DNA of 64,000 nucleotides from an uncultured Planctomycetota bacterium (GTDB lineage: Bacteria > Planctomycetota > PLA2 > JAEUHO01), in NCBI GenBank assembly GCA_963752285.1, contig CAVVXN010000002.1, forward strand, positions 448,001 to 512,000. The letters run 5' to 3'. Position numbers and translations under genes: made by a program. Below are positions 45,306 through 54,020 of this stretch, piece after piece. Under the pieces are notes generated by a model that searched no databases, was not told the DNA's origin, and was given only the letters and a program-made list of their open reading frames with translations. Each line of letters opens with the position of its first letter. Within the stretch, counting starts at the first letter, position 1.

Positions 45306-47335
45306 GACGCGTCCGCCCCCAGGTCGGCGAGGATCGCGTCGAGGCGCCTCGCGACCTCGTGCGCCGACGGCCGGCGGCGCGGCGACTTCGCGAGCATCTC
45401 GTCGAGCAGACGGACGAGGCCGTCGGGCAGCCCGCGCCGGAGCTCCCGAACGGGCATGGGCGTCGTCTCCCGGATCGCGCGGGCCGCGGCCTCGACGTCG
45501 TGCGACGGCAGGTGGAGGGGGAGGAGGCCGGTCAGCCACTCGTAGAGGACCACGCCGAGCGCGTACACGTCCGCGCGCGCGCCGACGCCCTTGCCCGCCG
45601 CCTGCTCCGGCGCCATCGTGGCCAGCGTTCCGACGACCGCCTGGCGGTCGAACGCGTTCGGGTCACGGGGCAGGTACGCGACGCCCATGTCGATCAAGAC
45701 GGGACGGCCCGCCGGCGTGACGATCACGTTGGCCGGCTTCACGTCGCGATGCACGACCCCGGCGTCGTGGAGGGCCTGGAGCGCGTCCGCGACGTCGCGC
45801 ACCGTCTCGATCACGAGCCCGAGGGGCGCGCTCGCGTCGGTGGGCATCGCCGACCGGAGCGAGCGTCCCGGAACGTAGTCCTCGACGATGTACGTCCGGC
45901 CGCCCCGGTCCGTGCCGATGGCGCGCACGCGCGCGACGCCCGGATGCCGCACCCGCGAGGCCGCCTCGAGCTCCACGCGGATCGAGCGGAGTCGCGCGCG
46001 CCGCTCCTCCGGGTCGTAGAGGTCCTCGAGGCGGAGGACCTTCAGGGCCACCTCCTCGCCGCGCCGGACGTCGAGGGCGAGGTGCACCTCGCCGAAGCTC
46101 CCCTCGCCGAGCTTCGAGAGCAGCGTGTACGCCTGGTCCGGCCCGGGAACGGGGCGAGCCAGGTCGAGGCGCCCCTCCTCGACCTCGGCGCCCGGAGGGA
46201 GGTCGAGACCCTCCATCGCCTCGCGAATCGGGGCCAGGTGCCGGTGGAGCCCCGCCTCGCGCGCCAACGCGAGCGCGCGGGCGAGGCTCGCGTGCGCGTC
46301 CCCTCTCCGCCCGCGCCGCACGAGCTCGGTGGCGAGGTCCAGGAGGACGGGCACCTCGGCGTCGGGGGTCGAGAGCCGCTCGAGCGCGCGCGCGGACCGG
46401 ATCAGGGCGTCGGCGGCCGAGGCGTCGCCCTTCGCGGCGAGAACGAGCCCCTCCGCGTGCGTCAGGAGCGCGCGTGCGAAAGGGTCGTCGCGGCCTTCGA
46501 GGAGGCGTCGCCCCTCGGCCACGGCCGCCTCGGCCCGGGCGCGACGGTCGGGATCGTCGCGCGCGCCCTCCCCGGAGAGGAGCGCGAGCGCCGTGTCCTT
46601 CGCGGCGAACGCGAGGACGTCGTCGAACCCGCCCGCCGTGGCCACCACCCGGCACGCCTCGAGCGACTCGATCGCCTGGTCGGCGGCGCCGAGGGCCATG
46701 TGCGCGCGCGCGATGTCGTTTTGCATCCGGGCCTCGCCACGCCGGTCGCCGAGCGCGCGCGACATCTCGAGGTCGAGCCGGAAGCAGTGGAGCGCTTCGC
46801 GGGCCCGACCCGCGCTGAGGAGCAGCCGGCCCAGGTTCCCGAGCGTGATGGCCACGCCGGCGCGGTCGTCCGAGATCGACTTCTGCGCGATCGCCAGCGC
46901 GTAGTAGCCCGACGCCGGCTCGAGCTGGCCGTCGAATGCGTACGCCATGCCGAGCGAGTCGTAGACCTCCGCCTCGCGCCGCGACTCGCCGTGGGCCTCG
47001 TACACCTCGAGCGCGCGGAGGAGGCTCTGTACGGCCGGGCCGGTCCGCGCCGCGCGCGCGAGGACGACGCCCCTCACGTGCTCGGCGCGCGCCTCGATCT
47101 CGCTTCCGCGCGGCACGCGGCCGAGGACCGCCTCGAGCGCGTCGAGGACGGCCCCGTGCGGCCGGCCGGCGCGCGCGTCGAGGAGGAGGAGCTCGATCTC
47201 GACCGCGTCGGGACGCGCGCCCCGGACCGCCTCGAAGGCCTCCCGCGCCGCGCGGTCCTCGCCCCGTTCGGCGAGCGCCACCGCGCGCGCGAAGCCCGCG
47301 TGCGCGGACGGGGCTGCGGGCGCGGTGTCCTCCAC
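45302..47335 (-). CDS. TPR-containing Ser/Thr protein kinase
   Basis: N-terminal TPRs (AITLGNLG); LGEGSFGEV, VALK, HRDVKPAN, DMG, GT..MAPEQ, DVYALG. Confidence 0.92.
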   Translation of the reverse strand: MEDTAPAAPSAHAGFARAVALAERGEDRAAREAFEAVRGARPDAVEIELLLLDARAGRPHGAVLDALEAVLGRVPRGSEIEARAEHVRGVVLARAARTGPAVQSLLRALEVYEAHGESRREAEVYDSLGMAYAFDGQLEPASGYYALAIAQKSISDDRAGVAITLGNLGRLLLSAGRAREALHCFRLDLEMSRALGDRRGEARMQNDIARAHMALGAADQAIESLEACRVVATAGGFDDVLAFAAKDTALALLSGEGARDDPDRRARAEAAVAEGRRLLEGRDDPFARALLTHAEGLVLAAKGDASAADALIRSARALERLSTPDAEVPVLLDLATELVRRGRRGDAHASLARALALAREAGLHRHLAPIREAMEGLDLPPGAEVEEGRLDLARPVPGPDQAYTLLSKLGEGSFGEVHLALDVRRGEEVALKVLRLEDLYDPEERRARLRSIRVELEAASRVRHPGVARVRAIGTDRGGRTYIVEDYVPGRSLRSAMPTDASAPLGLVIETVRDVADALQALHDAGVVHRDVKPANVIVTPAGRPVLIDMGVAYLPRDPNAFDRQAVVGTLATMAPEQAAGKGVGARADVYALGVVLYEWLTGLLPLHLPSHDVEAAARAIRETTPMPVRELRRGLPDGLVRLLDEMLAKSPRRRPSAHEVARRLDAILADLGADAS

Positions 47336-47438
47336 GGCGGTCCTCCCTCGGGGACCGCGGATTGTATCGGCCGTGCTCCCGCGCCGGCCTGCGGGAGCCT
47401 CGTCCGTGCCCGCTCGGCGGTCGCGCCCTGTCGCGCCC

Positions 47439-48584
47439 TCAGCGCGAGCGCGTCGAGACCGGCGAGAAGCCTCCGCCCTGGTGTCCGGGGCCGAGGTCGA
47501 TGCCGAAGATCACGTACATCTCGAGGTCGGGGGCGTCGCCCGTCAGCCCGAAGAGCGGGACGACGTCGAGGTGCGTGTTCCGCCAGGGCCGCCACTGGAG
47601 GCTCGGCCCGAGCAGCACCTCCTGTGCCGGGTCGCTGCGCGCGCCCTCGACGGTCGCGCGCTCGTACTGGAGCTCGACACCGAGCGAGAGCTTCTGGTCG
47701 AGGATCGCGCGGCCCGCGGCCACGCTCACGCCCATCTCCTCCGCGAGCTCCCCGCTCGTCTCGCGCTCGAAGAAGAGGTTCGCGCCGAGGTGCCAGTAGC
47801 AGCCCACGTCTTGTGCGAGGAGGAGCTTCGCCTCCCAGGCGTCGGGTGCGTCGTGCGTGTTGAACTTCCACTCGCCGTAGAGGGTGGGGTTGAGGGGGAG
47901 GCGCCCCCACGCGGCCAGCGCCCACCGGACCTCGACCTGCGTTCCCTCGTAGATCGTCGGCCCACCGGGACCGTGCGCGACGTTGCCGTAGAGGTCGAGC
48001 TGCAACCGATAGGGGAGACCGATGCCGACCTCCTCCTGGAACAGGTGGTCGGGCTTCTCGCCCTTGCTCATCTTCCCCTTCCACCACGTCTCGAGCTCGA
48101 CCTGCCCCGGCGCGAGGACGTAGGACCGCGTCGTCGCGAAGCGCCGCTGGGTCGTCCACTCGGGCTGCAGGTTCGGGCCGACGCGATCGGCCTCGGAGAA
48201 CGCCGTCCTCCGGGAGCGGTACACGCCGCCCGGACCCGGCACGCCGGCGTAGCCCGTGCCGTTCGGGGGACGCACCACCACCTCGGGCAGGCGGCGCACG
48301 TCCGCGCCACCGGCGGGCCCGGCCGGCGGCGTCCCGCCCGCGGGGTCGTCCACGAGGACGAACCGGGTCGCGGCGGCGACGGCCGAGCGGGCGAGACGGG
48401 GCGGGCCGCCGGCGTCGGGGGCCGGGGCCGCGGCCCCCCACGGCGGTGCCCCGGGCTGCGACGCCGCGGGCTGCGGCGCGGGGGCCGCGGCACGCTCCCC
48501 GGCGTGCAGGACCGGCGAGGAGAGCGCGAGCGTCAGGACGACGGCGGCGACGGGGACGGTGAGGCGGATCGTACGGGTTCGCAT
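47439..48584 (-). CDS. Exported hypothetical protein, probable outer-membrane beta-barrel
   Basis: Signal peptide, Pro-rich linker, alternating aromatic strands (LYGEWKF, LGVELQY, GPSLQWRP, MYVIFGIDL); ATG at 48584. Confidence 0.6.
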   Translation of the reverse strand: MRTRTIRLTVPVAAVVLTLALSSPVLHAGERAAAPAPQPAASQPGAPPWGAAAPAPDAGGPPRLARSAVAAATRFVLVDDPAGGTPPAGPAGGADVRRLPEVVVRPPNGTGYAGVPGPGGVYRSRRTAFSEADRVGPNLQPEWTTQRRFATTRSYVLAPGQVELETWWKGKMSKGEKPDHLFQEEVGIGLPYRLQLDLYGNVAHGPGGPTIYEGTQVEVRWALAAWGRLPLNPTLYGEWKFNTHDAPDAWEAKLLLAQDVGCYWHLGANLFFERETSGELAEEMGVSVAAGRAILDQKLSLGVELQYERATVEGARSDPAQEVLLGPSLQWRPWRNTHLDVVPLFGLTGDAPDLEMYVIFGIDLGPGHQGGGFSPVSTRSR

Positions 48585-48860
48585 GACGAGGCGTCCTCCC
48601 GGGAGGGCCCGATCGGGGGTGGGAAGTCCGCCCACCCGGCACGCCGACCTGCCTCCCCGGCGGGGGAACGGACGGACCCCCGCTCGGGTTCGGGCCGACG
48701 CCGAGACCGGAAGGGTTCCCGAGGCCGCGACCTTCCCCGGACCCCGCCGGCTCGTCCGGAGGGAGAATGCACGGCCCACGGCGGGAGGGGCCTCACCCCC
48801 CAGGGACCCGTGGCGAGGAGTTGTTCACCATGCACCGGTTCCGTATGCACCCTGTTCCGT

Positions 48861-49442
48861 ATGCGCCTTGTCCGTCTGGCCTCGATCGCCTCCGTGTTGC
48901 CGTTCCTGGTCGTGTGCCTCGGCGCCGCGCGCGCCGAGGACGAGATGATCGACAACCCCGAGTACACGCAGTGGTCCCAGTTCAAGGTCGGCGCCTTCGC
49001 GACCATGAAGACGGAGACGTCGATGGGCGAGCAGTCCACGACCATGACCACCAAGACGAAGCTGGTGGAGTTGGCGGACGACCACGCCGTCCTCGAAACG
49101 ACCACGACCATGACGATGATGGGTCAGGAGATCAAGCAGCCGGCCCAGAAGCGCCAGGTCCCGGCCAAGATCGCGAAGATGGACCCGCCCGAGGTCGAGG
49201 GCCAGGACGACATGCCCAAGCCGACCATGAAGGAGGGGACCGAGACGGTCACCGTGAAGGGCAAGTCGATCGCCTGCAAGACCGTCGAGTCCACGTTCGA
49301 GTACTCGGGCATGAAGACCTGGTCGAAGTCCTGGAGCAGCGACAAGGTGCCCGGCAGCATCGTGAAGATGGAGTCCAAGAGCGAGAGCTCGATGGGCGCC
49401 ACCACCGTGAAGTCCACGCTCGAGGACTTCGCCACGGAGTAG
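48861..49442 (+). CDS. Exported hypothetical protein
   Basis: Signal peptide; NPEY..WSQFKVG, EGTETVTV.GK...CK, WSSDKVPGSIVK; Lys/Thr-rich non-random composition. Confidence 0.75.
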   Translation: MRLVRLASIASVLPFLVVCLGAARAEDEMIDNPEYTQWSQFKVGAFATMKTETSMGEQSTTMTTKTKLVELADDHAVLETTTTMTMMGQEIKQPAQKRQVPAKIAKMDPPEVEGQDDMPKPTMKEGTETVTVKGKSIACKTVESTFEYSGMKTWSKSWSSDKVPGSIVKMESKSESSMGATTVKSTLEDFATE

Positions 49443-49464
49443 CGGCGCAGGGCCGCGCCCGCCG

Positions 49465-49689
49465 CTACGGTCGTCGAGGCGGAACGAGGTCCACCGCGGT
49501 CGAAGCGGCCGCGGTGCCGACCGCCCGGTACGCGGCGCCCAGCCGTGCCGCGAGCGAGGGCGCCGAGACGCGGAACGTCCGCTCGGGGTCCATCAACCAC
49601 GTCACGCCGTTCTCGTCCACGAACGACAGGCACTCCTGGGCGAGCGAGGCGAGCCTCTGGAGCGTGAGGGGCGAGGTCTCCACGCTCAC
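49465..49689 (-). CDS. Small hypothetical protein
   Basis: GTG start overlapping the upstream stop, G-rich RBS; protein-like composition. Confidence 0.45.
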   Translation of the reverse strand: MSVETSPLTLQRLASLAQECLSFVDENGVTWLMDPERTFRVSAPSLAARLGAAYRAVGTAAASTAVDLVPPRRP

Positions 49690-49895
49690 CTCCCCCCCTC
49701 GTCGGGGTGCTCCGCCAGGCGCCAGTGCGTCGCGCGGTCGCAGCGCGGGCACGTGGGCAGGCGGTCCCCGGGAAGGAAGGCCTCCAGCTCCTTCGGGTGG
49801 CACCCGGCGCGGTAGATGCCGGCGCGGGCGCATCGGGAGCCGGTGGCTGTGGACGGCGGGGTGTCCGTCGCGGGCAGCGCGCGGTCCTGGGACAT
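49686..49895 (-). CDS. Small YjzC-like / zinc-ribbon protein
   Basis: TGSRC..AGIY..GDRLPTCPRC...HW pattern; GAGGAG RBS. Confidence 0.6.
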   Translation of the reverse strand: MSQDRALPATDTPPSTATGSRCARAGIYRAGCHPKELEAFLPGDRLPTCPRCDRATHWRLAEHPDEGGR

Positions 49896-50003
49896 GGAGC
49901 CCCCTCCTCGCCCTTCGGGGCCCTCCACGCCGTGCACATATCGGCAACCCGTCCGGGCCATCTGAAGGGCCCGTTGGGACGCCCCGACCGACGGGGCCCG
50001 CGC

Positions 50004-51431
50004 TCAGCGCCGGAAGTCCTCCTTGCGGAGGCCGTGGTGGCGCATCTTGTCGTAGAGGGAGCGGGCCGAGATCCCAGCCTTGGCCGCGGTCGCGCCCACC
50101 CGGCCGTGCGTGGAGCGGAGCTGGGCCGTCAGGTAGGCGCGCTCGAACCGCTCGATCAGCTCGCGCCGCGCGTCGGCGAGAGGCCGGTCCTGCATCGCCG
50201 TGTCGAGAAAGGTCCGCGTGATCACGTCGGGACCCTCGGGCCCTTCCGGCGATCCCCCCCCGAGAGATGGCGGCAGGTCCGCGACGGTGATCTCGTCGCC
50301 GCGGGCGACGAGCATCGCGCGCTCGATCGTGTTGATGACCTCGCGCACGTTGCCCGGCCACGCGTGACCGAGCATGGCGTCGAGCGCGGCCGGGTGGATG
50401 CCGCCGACGTCCTGCCGCCCCATGCGCTCCCGGTAGAGACGCAGGAGGCTCCCCAGCAGCACGGGGAGGTCCTCGCGCCGGTCCCGGAGCGGCGGGATGG
50501 TCAGCGGCACGACGTTCAGGCGGTAGAAGAGGTCGCGGCGGAAGCGACCGCTCTCGACGTCCGCCGAGAGGTCCCGGTTCGTCGCGGCGACGACGCGCAC
50601 GTCCACCGGACGCGGCGTCTCGGCGCCGAGCGGGCGGATCTCGTGCCGTTGCAGGACGGTCAGCAGCTTCACCTGCAACGAGCTGGGCATCTCGCCGACC
50701 TCGTCGAGGAAGATCGTCCCGCCGCTTGCGACCTCGAACAGCCCGCGCCGCGCCGCCGCGGCGCCCGTGAACGCCCCGCGCTCGTGGCCGAAGAGCTCGC
50801 TCTCGAGCAGGGTCTCGGGCAGCGCGCCGCAGTTGACCGTCACGAAACGGTGCTCGCGTCGCGCCCCCTCGGCGTGGATCGCGCGCGCGAGGTGCTCCTT
50901 CCCGACGCCCGTCTCGCCCTGGATGAGCAGCGTGGTGTCCACGTCGAGCAGACGACGGACGAACTCTACGAACGTTCGCATCCGGCGGTTGTGCGAGGCA
51001 AAGTCGGCGAGGCTCGGCGTCGGGCCCTCGGGCCCCACGTCCGGTGCGGGCGGGCGCTGCGCGCCCTCCTCGAGCGCGAGCAGCGTGTCGCGAAGCTCCG
51101 CGTCGCCCGTGCCGGTCGAGAGGACGTCGGTCGCCCCCGCGGCGATCCACCGCGTCTGGTCGGCGCTGGACGGGTCGTCGGCGAGCACGAGCACACGCGG
51201 GGCCCGCTCGACCAGCGCGTGGTCCAGGCGCCCGAACCCGTCGCCCACGCCCGCCTGCACGACCAGGAGGTCCACGTCGCCGAGCGAGCCGGACGGCGCG
51301 AGACCGCGCGCCGGGTCGAGAACCTCCACGCGTCGGAACGTCCGACCGAGGATCTGCAGGAGGCGATGGCGGAGCGGACCGTCCGGAACGGCCACGGCCA
51401 CCGCGCCCTTGGCGGTTACGTGGAGTGCCAT
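50004..51431 (-). CDS. Sigma-54-dependent transcriptional activator (NtrC/Fis family)
   Basis: GETGVGKE, ESELFGHERGAFTGA, FLDEVGE, RDLFYRLNV, WPGNVRE, C-terminal Fis HTH; degenerate receiver-like N-terminus. Confidence 0.95.
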   Translation of the reverse strand: MALHVTAKGAVAVAVPDGPLRHRLLQILGRTFRRVEVLDPARGLAPSGSLGDVDLLVVQAGVGDGFGRLDHALVERAPRVLVLADDPSSADQTRWIAAGATDVLSTGTGDAELRDTLLALEEGAQRPPAPDVGPEGPTPSLADFASHNRRMRTFVEFVRRLLDVDTTLLIQGETGVGKEHLARAIHAEGARREHRFVTVNCGALPETLLESELFGHERGAFTGAAAARRGLFEVASGGTIFLDEVGEMPSSLQVKLLTVLQRHEIRPLGAETPRPVDVRVVAATNRDLSADVESGRFRRDLFYRLNVVPLTIPPLRDRREDLPVLLGSLLRLYRERMGRQDVGGIHPAALDAMLGHAWPGNVREVINTIERAMLVARGDEITVADLPPSLGGGSPEGPEGPDVITRTFLDTAMQDRPLADARRELIERFERAYLTAQLRSTHGRVGATAAKAGISARSLYDKMRHHGLRKEDFRR

Positions 51432-51482
51432 GCGCTTCCTTTCCCGACGTGTCGGGCGAGGCCGTCAGCACGACGAGCGAGG

Positions 51483-51827
51483 CTAGCACCGTCCGGGGGG
51501 CGACTCGCGAGGGCTTACGTCGTGGTCCACGTCCTTCACCGCGCTCTCCACGAGCTCGGCCGTGTTCGTGAGAGCGAGCCAGGCGCGGTCCACGGCGTCG
51601 CGCGCCTCCGCGACGCGCTCGACGGGCGCGCGACGCAGACCTTCGGCCTTCACGCGAAGCGTTGCGAGCTGATGCGAGAGCGCCTCCACGTGCTCCGAGA
51701 GCCCCTGCGTCCGTGCGGCGAGGTCACGGCGTGCGCGCGTGAGCAGACCATCGACTCGCGCCTCCGCCGCGCGGAGGCGCTGGTCCGCGTCACGAAGCGC
51801 TTCGAAACGGTCGGGCGTCGCCTTCAC
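51483..51827 (-). CDS. Hypothetical coiled-coil protein
   Basis: Helical heptad composition; GGAGG RBS. Confidence 0.55.
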   Translation of the reverse strand: MKATPDRFEALRDADQRLRAAEARVDGLLTRARRDLAARTQGLSEHVEALSHQLATLRVKAEGLRRAPVERVAEARDAVDRAWLALTNTAELVESAVKDVDHDVSPRESPPGRC

Positions 51828-52002
51828 CGGGACCTCCGGGCCGAACGCCGGTTCGTACGCAAGCCCCGGGCCGGGGACGCCCCACGCCGCCCCGGCCTCG
51901 ATCGGCGGCTTCGCCGGCCGGTGCCCACGCTCGCCTTCGGCGACGACGCCTCCGATGGGCGAGGCGCGGAGCTGCCGATCCCGGGTGGGCAGGGACCTCC
52001 GT

Positions 52003-52644
52003 TCAGTCCCGGGACCGCTGTCCGTCGAGGTGCTGCGTGTCGTTCCAGTGGACGAGCTGCGGCCGGCCTCGCCGGAAGTCGATCATCGAGAGCCCGCAAT
52101 TCGCCCGCATCGACAGCCGGTCCAGGTGTTCCGGCGCCAGCCGGATCAGGTGCGCGATCAGGGTCTTCGCCGCCCCCCCGTGCGTCACGACCAGCACCTG
52201 CTCTCCCGCGTGATCCGCCCGCAGCCGGTCGAACCCCGCCCGGAGTCGCGCCTCGAACTCGGGATACGGCTCGGCCCCATCGACGAGCGGACCCGACGCC
52301 CGCGCCGCCGCCGAAACGAGCTCGCCGTACTGGCGCTCGCAGGTGGCCTGGTCCGTGCCCTCGATCACACCCAATCCGATCTCGCGCCACGCGGGCGACA
52401 CGACGGGCGACAACCCGATCACGGACGCGACCGCCTCGGCCGTGGATGTGGCACGCACGAGGTCGCTCGCATGAATCGTGTCGATCGGGACCGTCGAGAG
52501 CCGCCGCGCGAGGCGCGCCGCCTGGGCGCGCCCCCGCTCGTTCAGAGGGACGTCCGCCTGCCCCTGGACCCGCCCGAGCGCGTTCCACTCCGTCTCGCCG
52601 TGACGGGCGATCCAGAGACACGCGAGCTCGGTCGTCGAAGCCAT
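52003..52644 (-). CDS. Histidine phosphatase (phosphoglycerate mutase) family protein
   Basis: RHGETEWN..QG..DVPL, SDLVRA, EIGLG..EG, VTHGG, NDTQHL. Confidence 0.93.
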   Translation of the reverse strand: MASTTELACLWIARHGETEWNALGRVQGQADVPLNERGRAQAARLARRLSTVPIDTIHASDLVRATSTAEAVASVIGLSPVVSPAWREIGLGVIEGTDQATCERQYGELVSAAARASGPLVDGAEPYPEFEARLRAGFDRLRADHAGEQVLVVTHGGAAKTLIAHLIRLAPEHLDRLSMRANCGLSMIDFRRGRPQLVHWNDTQHLDGQRSRD

Positions 52645-52721
52645 CGGACCATCCTGCCCGACCGCGCGGGGTCGGAGCCGAGGCCCCGGGCAGGGTCACG
52701 GCGGCGCGCGCGGCCGCCGCG

Positions 52722-53972
52722 TCATGGCGGCGCGCGCGGCCGCCCGGCCTGCCCGTGGCGCTCCCGCCCTGCGGCGGGCGTACCACGCTCCCGCCCTGCA
52801 GCGGGCTCGCCACGCGCCCGCCCTGCGGCGGGCTCTCGGCGCTCCCGCCCTGCGGCGGGTTCGCGCCGCCGCCGCCGCGGCGTCTTCCCGACCGCGCGGA
52901 GCAGCCACGCCGGCCGCTCGGGCGGCTCGCGATCCTCGGGGAGGGGCTTGGGCGCGAGGAACGCGCCCGTCGCCGCGATCACGAACAGAGGTCGCCCGTC
53001 CGTGGACCAGCACCGAAGCGCGATCATCCCCAGGTCGTAGTTCTTGTGGTGGACCACGCAGCCGTCGAAGAGGTCCTTCGCCTCCCGACCGCTCCCGTCC
53101 GCGTGCGGCCTCACGTGGCACAGCTCCGCCGCTACGCGCGTGCAGAGCCCGACCTCGCACAGGCCTCCCGAACGCCGACGGATCGCCCGGACCACCTCCG
53201 CCGGGACCTCCCGGTCCCCGGGGCGCTCTTCGGTCGGCGGAAGACGCCGCGGCCTGGGCTCCTTCCGCGTCGGGTCCCACCGTGCCCGGTACGCGTACGC
53301 GAGCACCGCCAGGAGCTGGCCGTTGTCGATCGCGCACTCGGCCTTCTTCTTCGCGATCCTGCGGCACGCCCGCAGGTCGTCCGCGGCGTCGGGTCCCACG
53401 TGCGCGACGAAGGTCGTGACGTCGGACTCCGGCGCGACGTGACGTCGCGCGGCCAGGCGGCGTCCCACGCGACGGCGGAGCGCGCCGACGCGCAAGGACC
53501 TGGCGAGGTCGAGCCAGTCGTCGCCCGCCTCGAGGTAGCGCTCCGGGTCTACGAAGACGTCGCCGAGCAGGATGGCCGCCGCGAAGGAGATCCCGCCCGC
53601 GCGGACCTCCTCCTCCAGGCCGGGCAGGCGCTCCAGGGCGTAGCCGAGCATCAGGAGCTGACGCCCCCGCGCGCCGTCGAACCCGTAGCGCTCGGAGAGC
53701 TCCCAGGTCGAGGCGGCGCTCTCCCACACGCAGGAGCCCTGCTCGTGGAGGCGGACCATCAGCTTCGCGTAGGCGATCTCGGCGTCGCCGAGCGCGCGGC
53801 TCCGGGCCCGCAGGAGCGCGATCCCCTCGGGGTCCTTCTCTCCGCGGAGGGTGCGCCGGTCGATGCGCCGCTCGGAGATCCCGCCCTCGGAGACTCCGCG
53901 CTCGGAGGGGCGGCCCTCGGAGGGGCGGCGCTCGGGGTCGCTTCGTTCGTGGAGTTCGCGTTCCGACAGCAC
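52722..53972 (-). CDS. HNH-endonuclease-like protein (DUF222-like architecture)
   Basis: C-terminal RRRSGGLCEVGLC..LCHVRPH..CVVHH Zn/HNH motif; helical N-terminal part; low-complexity ends; start uncertain. Confidence 0.65.
   Translation of the reverse strand: MLSERELHERSDPERRPSEGRPSERGVSEGGISERRIDRRTLRGEKDPEGIALLRARSRALGDAEIAYAKLMVRLHEQGSCVWESAASTWELSERYGFDGARGRQLLMLGYALERLPGLEEEVRAGGISFAAAILLGDVFVDPERYLEAGDDWLDLARSLRVGALRRRVGRRLAARRHVAPESDVTTFVAHVGPDAADDLRACRRIAKKKAECAIDNGQLLAVLAYAYRARWDPTRKEPRPRRLPPTEERPGDREVPAEVVRAIRRRSGGLCEVGLCTRVAAELCHVRPHADGSGREAKDLFDGCVVHHKNYDLGMIALRCWSTDGRPLFVIAATGAFLAPKPLPEDREPPERPAWLLRAVGKTPRRRRREPAAGRERREPAAGRARGEPAAGRERGTPAAGRERHGQAGRPRAPP
52759..52866. repeat. 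4 x 27-bp in-frame tandem repeat with palindromic core
   Basis: CGCTCCCGCCCTGCGGCGGG-N7-type units at 52759, 52786, 52813, 52840; encodes repeated PAAGR(E/A)R in the HNH protein tail. Confidence 0.9.
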
Positions 53973-54020
53973 GAACGAAACGGTAACGCATGGGGGGGAC
54001 AGTCCCGGAGAGCCCGGAAA

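Noticed and set aside
48830..48867. ATGCACC..GTTCCGT short tandem duplication at a gene start
   Set aside because: Only about 2.5 imperfect 15-16 bp copies; no supportable function.
49944..49960. Sigma-54 promoter (TGGC..TTGC on the minus strand) next to the activator gene
   Set aside because: GG-to-GC spacing is 12 nt rather than the required 10.
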